30,915 nucleotides of DNA from Hydrurus foetidus. Its lineage: Eukaryota. The notes below the pieces were generated by a model. The model made no database searches. It worked only from the letters and a program-made list of their open reading frames with translations, and was not told where the DNA came from. Shown one piece after another: positions 24,601-30,915 of this stretch. Numbering within the stretch: position 1 is the stretch's first letter; each line of letters starts with the position of its first letter. Made by a program: the position numbers and the translations under genes. The stretch covers positions 62,001 through 92,915 of the forward strand of contig UYFQ01000574.1 in assembly GCA_900617105.1 (NCBI GenBank), read 5' to 3'.

Positions 24601-26076
24601 TTGACCTTACCTGAACTGTGTCAACAGGCATCGATGCGTGGTGAAGCTGGCGAAAGTACAGTCGCCCCGATTATCGAAAACGTGCGGCAGTCAACCCTCG
24701 TTCCCATCGTAGTCGATGTTCCACTCCGTACTCCTCAGTACAATATGGAGCAGGTTGCAAGTGCTTTTAAACAGAGCATTACCGGTGGATTAAACCTCCA
24801 GAAACCGCTGTTTATCATTGATACCCCGAACATTACGGGAGAACAAGCTGCGAAGTTTCAAAATCAGGCCAATCAATGGCATGACAACTTTTTTACGCAC
24901 CAAGTCGTCGTCGACCCCGCGACCTATGTCATACAATACGCTTTTGCAAGCGACCCAGAGTTTACTACACTCCCCAAAGATAAGTTTTCCACATGGTATA
25001 ACCATGTTACAGTCAAACAGGCTGCGACCATCATAACGAAACATTTTGGCGACAAAAATGATGTGGGTCGGACTCTCGTAGAGAACTTCGCGTCAATTGA
25101 AATTAATTTTTCTTTCACGAATGAGACCTACGAGAGGGAAACTTTCATGAAACTCAAGTCGCTTACAGCGACTTACGACAACACCCAACCAATCACCCCA
25201 GAGCAGCATGCTGCACTGATAGTAACGATTGAGAAAAAACTCAAACCTGATAGTCAACTAAAAAACGATTATTTCAGGGTGAAGGGTAACAATGGTAAAC
25301 CCATTGCGAATGAGACCTGGGAGTCTGCATTCATCCGTTTTGGAACGTGCATCGAACACGTACGTAAGCTTCTCAAAGAAGTCGCTAACTACGGTGACCC
25401 CGTTGGGAGACACTCTTACTCTTCGAGAGAGAGCCGCTATGATGAGCGAGTAACCCAGGTACCAAAAGCACAACAGATGATCATACCTGAACAGAGATCA
25501 TTCTCTGCTGCTGTCTATGCTAAATCAGCACTAGCAGCACTGCCTCTCCCTCCCTCTGCTCAACCTATGCAAACGATGCAAGCTACCGCCCCCTTGGCAA
25601 GGAGAACATCAAATGGCCCTCCGGTCCAGATGCGACCCCAACCGCCACCTCCACCATGTCGCTCGTGTGGACATGCCGGACATGAGGTCCGAGACTGTCC
25701 GGCTCTGTTCTTTTCAGACGCCAACAATGGACTCCATCTGCAATGGAAGGACTCCACGATGGGTCACCTGTGGCTTCACCATGGGTTCCAAGCCTATGAT
25801 GCGGGAGTCAAACTTCCAGGGTACGAGACCCAACACCTGAACAGACCTCAGTCTGAATTCAAAGTGGGTATGCTATACCCACCCAAGAATCAGTTTAAGC
25901 GAACTCGTTTCGAGGGTACGCAGCCCCCGGCGCACGACCCCGCTACAAATGCCCAACACGCGGAGAACCGCAGAAACAAAAAACAAGGTAATCCTTTGCA
26001 CCAATCTGCTATCCTAGCAGCATCTCTGACTAAAATAGACATTGATTATATTTCTTGTCTGCTTGGATTTTTATAA
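24601..26076 (+). pseudogene. Gypsy gag copy 3, frameshifted near 26047 and cut by the Copia insertion
   Basis: Matches copies 1 and 2 up to TTTATAAATC (26079), then switches to TGTCGG of LTR-B. Confidence 0.9.
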
Positions 26077-26079
26077 ATC

Positions 26080-26595
26080 TGTCGGTATATAACAGCGATA
26101 AGTGCTAGTTATAGCTGTATATTACCATTTGTATAATCAACAATTAGCATGATAGGATATCATAAGTAAACACATTTTGTAGATTGTTATTGGTGTGCAA
26201 TGTGCACCAAGTCGCTTCCTCAATGCCAATTCGTATCACGTATATTGCCATTGTTACACCATAATAACCACAGCTGTATAGTATTTATCCGGTACTTGGT
26301 ACCAAAAGTCTAGCTTTTAGTACAAACGTCATATTTACAGTTGAGTAGCTACTATCTCGCCTATACAACAACGTAGATATAAATCTACGAGAGCCAGTCA
26401 AATTGCATGCGCATGACGATTGAGATCTTATTATTGTACGGCAGGTAGAAATGATGTGCAACATGAATTAATGTTTTGTGGCCTCCGTGCCAGTTTCTAA
26501 TTCTTAAATCGAATATACTAACCAAACCTTTCCATCTTAATTTGGCCATCCACGATATGTCCTCCCGACTTCGTGCCAACCCGTGGCAACTCACA
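26080..26595 (+). repeat. 5' LTR of the Copia element (LTR-B, 516 bp)
   Basis: TGTCGG...CTCACA. It starts exactly where the Gypsy copy 3 sequence stops, is followed by a PBS, and is colinear with LTR-A. Confidence 0.88.
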
Positions 26596-26608
26596 TGGTA
26601 GCGATTGA
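26596..26608 (+). promoter_or_regulatory. Primer-binding site TGGTAGCGATTGA
   Basis: Identical over 13 nt to the Gypsy PBS at 16202 and directly after the LTR CA. Confidence 0.8.
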
Positions 26609-26659
26609 AGCCTTCAAGACTTCAGAGATAGTTTTTTAGAGCCTCTGCCCCAGAGAAGC

Positions 26660-28180
26660 ATGGTCAAAGGAAAGAAAGGCCTGGGGCCATTCTCGTCAGA
26701 AGAAGACGAAGAGCCTCCGTTGCCAACACCTAACCCACTAATCCCTACTCTCCCTCTGATTCCTGCATTAGGAATTGAGGAGCCTCCCATCGGTGTTGTA
26801 ATCGATGAGGAAAGCCCTCAATTCCGGGCAGCTTTAGATAGACGAATCGCTCAAATCCAGTTGCTAAGAGATGAGAGCCCGATTATAGATAACCCGTTAG
26901 GGTTGATCGACATCGCGCCAAGGGTGGATCTGCCGTTAGGCGATCAACCCTCGTCTAGGAGCACTGAGATGAGAGCGATTCTTACAAACCTCCGTCCGTC
27001 AAGTCCTATGCCGTCCGATGATGAATCGTCCTTTAGCAGTAGCAAAATTTCTAGTAGATTGAATAACGGAGGAAACCCTCGCAAAAATTTTTCGAGCGAG
27101 TCTTCAATAACGACAATGAAGGGTCGAAAGGACTCTAATAATAACAACAAGAACAAAATCGGATCGACGCCGAAGCAATCAGAATTTTGGGATAAGGATA
27201 GCAGCAGTAGTGACGAGGAACAAAATAACACATATTCGAAGAAGAAACCATGTGAAAAGATGGTCAAACGAATACACTACCAACGAAATTCGACAGTGCT
27301 CATATCAGAAATATCAAAATACATCATTGACATAAATACGCCAGACAAATTTCACCGTCTGCGTATGATACATTCGGTACTATCAACAACGGGGTTACTT
27401 ACCCTTATTGAAGGTCATCATACCGAGCCAATAATGACAGACGAAAATATTCATGGGTTCTCAAATAGAAAAATTATACTAGTTCCTAGAGTTGAATATG
27501 AAGATGAGAAATCAATTGACTCACTATCATCGGAGCCAATTATCGAAAGAGTAGTTCTCGAAGAAGATGATGCATTCCACTATATTCATGATAATGATAG
27601 ACTATTTTCTCTAGTTTACATTATGTTTTCAAAAACTTTGCATCATAATATATCAATAATAAATCAAAAGTTACGAAACGGAATTGCATCTTATCGAGAA
27701 ATGATCAATTACATCTTCGGTCAAAAGCAACAGGACGTGAAATTCGCAAGAAAAGCGTTGGACACGTACCAAATAAATCCAAGTGTTCATTTTAGATTAG
27801 AATACTCTAAATGGGAACAATTATTCTCTAATCTAGAACACGCACAGAGTAGAATGATGACTGACGTCGAGAAAATGGCTTGGGTATCAGATCGGTTAGA
27901 TTCTGACCCAAGACCTAAGATCGCTTCATCATTTGCTGCATGTGTCGTGAATAACACAAGTTATAATGAGTCGATGGGAATTATGTTGAGAGTCGCAGAT
28001 GCAATGCCGCCTGAAACAGCGGTCATTCGCATGGCGAGTGTCACATCTTTTCCTGAAACGTCAAGTAGCTCTGAATATTCTCTGTATCAAAATACAATTC
28101 AAAATCAGTCTCAAGCGAAGTTAAATCAATATCAATCCTTGTCAAATCCGCCGCAAAATCCGGGTAAAACAACAATATAA
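26660..28180 (+). CDS. Copia gag-like ORF (segment 1), continuing by a +1 frameshift near 28165
   Basis: Starts about 50 nt after the PBS. A Pro/Ser-rich N-terminus is followed by a helical region (RNGIASYREMINYIFG) reminiscent of the Copia gag capsid. Confidence 0.65.
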   Translation: MVKGKKGLGPFSSEEDEEPPLPTPNPLIPTLPLIPALGIEEPPIGVVIDEESPQFRAALDRRIAQIQLLRDESPIIDNPLGLIDIAPRVDLPLGDQPSSRSTEMRAILTNLRPSSPMPSDDESSFSSSKISSRLNNGGNPRKNFSSESSITTMKGRKDSNNNNKNKIGSTPKQSEFWDKDSSSSDEEQNNTYSKKKPCEKMVKRIHYQRNSTVLISEISKYIIDINTPDKFHRLRMIHSVLSTTGLLTLIEGHHTEPIMTDENIHGFSNRKIILVPRVEYEDEKSIDSLSSEPIIERVVLEEDDAFHYIHDNDRLFSLVYIMFSKTLHHNISIINQKLRNGIASYREMINYIFGQKQQDVKFARKALDTYQINPSVHFRLEYSKWEQLFSNLEHAQSRMMTDVEKMAWVSDRLDSDPRPKIASSFAACVVNNTSYNESMGIMLRVADAMPPETAVIRMASVTSFPETSSSSEYSLYQNTIQNQSQAKLNQYQSLSNPPQNPGKTTI

Positions 28181-29972
28181 TCCAGCTTATAATTATGATA
28201 TTAATAACAAGAATAAAATTCAAGATGCTAGATCCTTACCTGACAATACTGGAGACAATAAAAGACCGGTTAAAAATGGTGGATATTGTTTTGGATTTCA
28301 AAAAGGAACTTGTAACAGACCAACATGCAAATACAAGCATGAAATGAATCCAGACAATGAAAATAAAATCCAACAACCACAACCAAATACAATTCCTTAC
28401 AAAAAGTCAGTACAATTTGATTTAAGTCAAGCACAAATTGACTCAGTAGGACCAAAGGTTGGTGACCCAAGTATACGGGGTGGATATTCAAAAGCGCAAA
28501 TTAAAAGATTAAATTGGATGAGATCTCAAGATAATGAAACTGAACATCAGGTGCGTGCATTCTCAAGTTGGGGTAACCCTTCTGCACCACCTTATCAGTC
28601 AAATGAAGAAAAACACAATACATTAATGCGAGTGCGAATAACACCAAATGATCAAAGAATAATAAAAACTGATAGGCAAAATCAAGAATATAAAAATAAA
28701 ATTTACAATGGAAAAATGAATCAAAATGAAATGAAAAGTCATCAAAGAGCTCTACTCCAAAATGTTCAAAATAATTATTCTGCATGCTCTATTCCCCAAA
28801 GGGCAATCAATGCCGCAATACTATTAGCCGAACAATACTATTTGTTTCATTTATATGTAATGGAATATAATAGAAATGATCCTGCAACAACAATAGTTCC
28901 TTATATCTTTTTATTCAAAAACAAAAGAACAATTAAGGACAATCAAGAAAGAGCAAATCAGTACACTGATCTTTTTGGGTGGCATAAAAATCCATCTACT
29001 ACACGTAGAAAGGATATACGCACTCCAACAGTTAAATGGATGCACCTGATGTATCAGATAGGAGCTACACTATTACAAGCATGTATAGTTCTCCCTCCTG
29101 CTGATGAAAAGGCCGGACCTCATCACTTTATGAAATTCAATCCATACTGTATTGACGGGGTGACGGAAAAATATATTCCTTCAACTAGACCAGGACACTA
29201 TTGGTCTCAAATGACTTGTGTTAGTGAATATGCGGAAGTAATAAAACGTCTTGATCAATATACACAATACAATGAAGTAATTAATAATACATTATTCATT
29301 GATACAGTTTTGCACGCAATCATATTCGACTTTGTCGCATTTGCGGGACAACATGTTGGATATTACCACGAGAAATCAAATCTGGATAAAGAAGACTTAT
29401 TAAGAAGATCACTAAAAATGGATATACTTAAAGAAAATGATCCATCGTTTGTTATGTTTGGAATTAGAGATGCATTCTTAGTAATAGCAAGACTAGTAAG
29501 ACCAATTAATGACTTGGTAAAAAGAACATTGTCATCACCATTAACGAATGAATTAGATGAATTAATACACTCACATCAAACGTCAAAAGACGTGGTCAAA
29601 AAACCAATGATAACAGTCCTATATGACAGAGCTCAATCACCGATTTTTGATGTAGATGTAGTAACAAGAACAACTGAAGAATTGTCTCCAATGTATATAC
29701 ATACATCAGATCAAAGTGATAATGAATCAAGTGATATGTCATATGATAGAGTTGATATTCCTGATAGTCCAATATCAATGGAATCTATTAAATCACCTCC
29801 ATTTAGTATTGAAACACCTAAATACATTGAATATGTTGGAGGTGTAAGAATTGAAGACTATGATCAGCTTGGAAAATATAGAAAACTAAAAGGTTATGAT
29901 GTAAATCAACCTAAACCAGAACCAGAAATAGATAGTAATATATGCAATAACAGAATTTGTAAAAGATGTTAG
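28143..29972 (+). CDS. Copia polyprotein segment 2: CCCH zinc finger plus a ~540-aa region of unknown function
   Basis: The frame is open upstream of the listed ATG (28344) and encodes YCFGFQKGTCNRPTCKYKH at about 28284-28340. No recognisable motif was found downstream. Confidence 0.65.
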   Translation, partial: QIRRKIRVKQQYNPAYNYDINNKNKIQDARSLPDNTGDNKRPVKNGGYCFGFQKGTCNRPTCKYKHEMNPDNENKIQQPQPNTIPYKKSVQFDLSQAQIDSVGPKVGDPSIRGGYSKAQIKRLNWMRSQDNETEHQVRAFSSWGNPSAPPYQSNEEKHNTLMRVRITPNDQRIIKTDRQNQEYKNKIYNGKMNQNEMKSHQRALLQNVQNNYSACSIPQRAINAAILLAEQYYLFHLYVMEYNRNDPATTIVPYIFLFKNKRTIKDNQERANQYTDLFGWHKNPSTTRRKDIRTPTVKWMHLMYQIGATLLQACIVLPPADEKAGPHHFMKFNPYCIDGVTEKYIPSTRPGHYWSQMTCVSEYAEVIKRLDQYTQYNEVINNTLFIDTVLHAIIFDFVAFAGQHVGYYHEKSNLDKEDLLRRSLKMDILKENDPSFVMFGIRDAFLVIARLVRPINDLVKRTLSSPLTNELDELIHSHQTSKDVVKKPMITVLYDRAQSPIFDVDVVTRTTEELSPMYIHTSDQSDNESSDMSYDRVDIPDSPISMESIKSPPFSIETPKYIEYVGGVRIEDYDQLGKYRKLKGYDVNQPKPEPEIDSNICNNRICKRC

Positions 29973-30915
29973 TGATGATGATGATGAAAATGCAAATGAA
30001 AACTTGGAAGAAAGACAAATTAGATATAAAAATAAATTTGAAAGTTTAGTAAAAGAACATGATTCAAAAAGACTAAAATTAAATGAATCTGAAGATAATG
30101 ACAAGATGAACGAATCAAATGAAATTAATGAAAGTACTGATATTCAACCAATAAAAAACCAATTGAAATCTCTAAGAATAAATCATAATATTAAATCAAT
30201 GAAAATGCAAGGGCAAATAATATTCGACTCTGGTGCGTCAACATGTGCCACATCTGATCCTACGCTCCTACGTCACATAATATATGGTCAGGGTATCAAA
30301 GCAACTCCAGCTTTCGGTCCCGCCATCGAATCAAAAGCGACAGGACTATATGGACCATTGGGTCTCGACATTATACTTATGGAAGGGATGAAAGAAACAT
30401 TAATTTCAATATCCCAACTATGTAATGGCGGACTATCTGGATCACAAAATGTTGTTATATTTACATCAGAAGGAATGAGATGTTTTTCAATAGAATCTAT
30501 TAGAGAAGCATTGGCACTAATAGATAAATTAGGAATTGAGATTATTCGTGGTTACATATCAAATGGTGTATATGTATATAATCAAAATGAAGAAAAAGTA
30601 ATCAATAAAGTTGTTAGTAACAAAGACATAGTTCAAAAAACACCTTCTCCTAGTTGTAAAGAAACAATAATAAAAACGAATATCCCAGCAACTTTATATT
30701 TGACACAATTTAAACCCGTGTCATTATATGACCACGTACACATGGTTACCGGACATCCCGGAAATATTGGAATGTTATGGCATCTAAAGAATTCTACCAA
30801 TGCAAAATTTACTGAAGAGAATGCAAATAAACAACGCGGTCCATGCAAAGGTTGCGTATATGGCACCATGCATCAAACTGGGACTGATCACAGAAGAGAA
30901 CATAGAGATCTTCCC
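29932..30915 (+). CDS. Copia pol segment 3: aspartic protease and integrase HHCC region. 3'-partial and missing from the ORF track
   Basis: The frame is open from 29932 to the window end. DSG is at 30226, His residues at 30739 and 30754, Cys residues at 30844 and 30853. Confidence 0.88.
   Translation, partial: MVIYAITEFVKDVSDDDDENANENLEERQIRYKNKFESLVKEHDSKRLKLNESEDNDKMNESNEINESTDIQPIKNQLKSLRINHNIKSMKMQGQIIFDSGASTCATSDPTLLRHIIYGQGIKATPAFGPAIESKATGLYGPLGLDIILMEGMKETLISISQLCNGGLSGSQNVVIFTSEGMRCFSIESIREALALIDKLGIEIIRGYISNGVYVYNQNEEKVINKVVSNKDIVQKTPSPSCKETIIKTNIPATLYLTQFKPVSLYDHVHMVTGHPGNIGMLWHLKNSTNAKFTEENANKQRGPCKGCVYGTMHQTGTDHRREHRDLP

Larger units (their letters stand above)
15680..26079 (+). 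mobile_element. Ty3/Gypsy LTR retrotransposon (5' LTR, PBS, long leader, tandemly amplified gag-PR-RT), interrupted at 26080. Its 3' part is not in the window
   Basis: An LTR and PBS are followed by gag with CCHC (CRSCGHAGHEVRDC), protease LLDTGS and Gypsy-type RT (FCIDYRNLN, MDLTSGYHQ, RLPFG, YLDD, KKCRF, YFRNFVP), in PR-RT order. Confidence 0.93.
17435..26079 (+). repeat. Head-to-tail tandem array of a ~3.5-kb unit: 17435-20961 (3527 bp), 20962-24479 (3518 bp), 24480-26079 (partial)
   Basis: Each unit starts AGAAATACCACGAGACAATTACG. The two junctions are identical (GTGTGA-T7-C-T8). Copy 2 has a 9-bp in-frame deletion (VRKEREIK to VSEIK). Scattered SNPs differ among the copies. Confidence 0.95.
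26080..30915 (+). mobile_element. Ty1/Copia LTR retrotransposon, 5' part (LTR, PBS, gag, extra domain, protease, integrase zinc-binding domain), running off the window
   Basis: Protease IIFDSGAS, then LISISQLC, GYISNGVY and HVHMVTGH...CKGCVYG. Integrase follows protease directly, which is the Copia order. Confidence 0.88.

Noticed and set aside
17435..26079. Tandem copies as a pure assembly artefact
   Set aside because: The copies carry distinct substitutions, a 9-bp in-frame deletion and a junction-specific filler. An artefact is unlikely, although read confirmation is still needed.
26080..26595. LTR-B as the 3' LTR of the Gypsy element
   Set aside because: There is no polypurine tract before it. 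It cuts gag-PR mid-sequence, is followed by a PBS and a new gag, and is far more diverged from LTR-A than the ~1% seen among the internal copies.

Overview
Eukaryotic nuclear DNA, probably from a photosynthetic stramenopile (ochrophyte). This is inferred from short GT-AG introns and signal-peptide-plus-Phe plastid-targeting-like N-termini. The left part (1-13.2 kb) holds four host genes: an LSMT-like SET methyltransferase, an RH22-like DEAD-box helicase, a PP2C phosphatase and a DUF1997-like gene. It also holds a 2-kb foldback element with ~740-bp inverted arms and a (TTGACTC)n array. The right part (13.7-30.9 kb) is a nest of transposons. Non-autonomous TIR elements are followed by a minus-strand chromovirus integrase/chromodomain remnant. 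That remnant is interrupted by a Ty3/Gypsy element whose gag-PR-RT block is tandemly amplified about 2.5 times. The third copy is in turn interrupted by a Ty1/Copia element. The most striking observation is that the Gypsy and Copia elements have homologous 5' LTRs (522 and 516 bp) and the same 13-nt primer-binding site. The Copia element also carries a CCCH finger and a ~540-aa unrecognised region between gag and protease.
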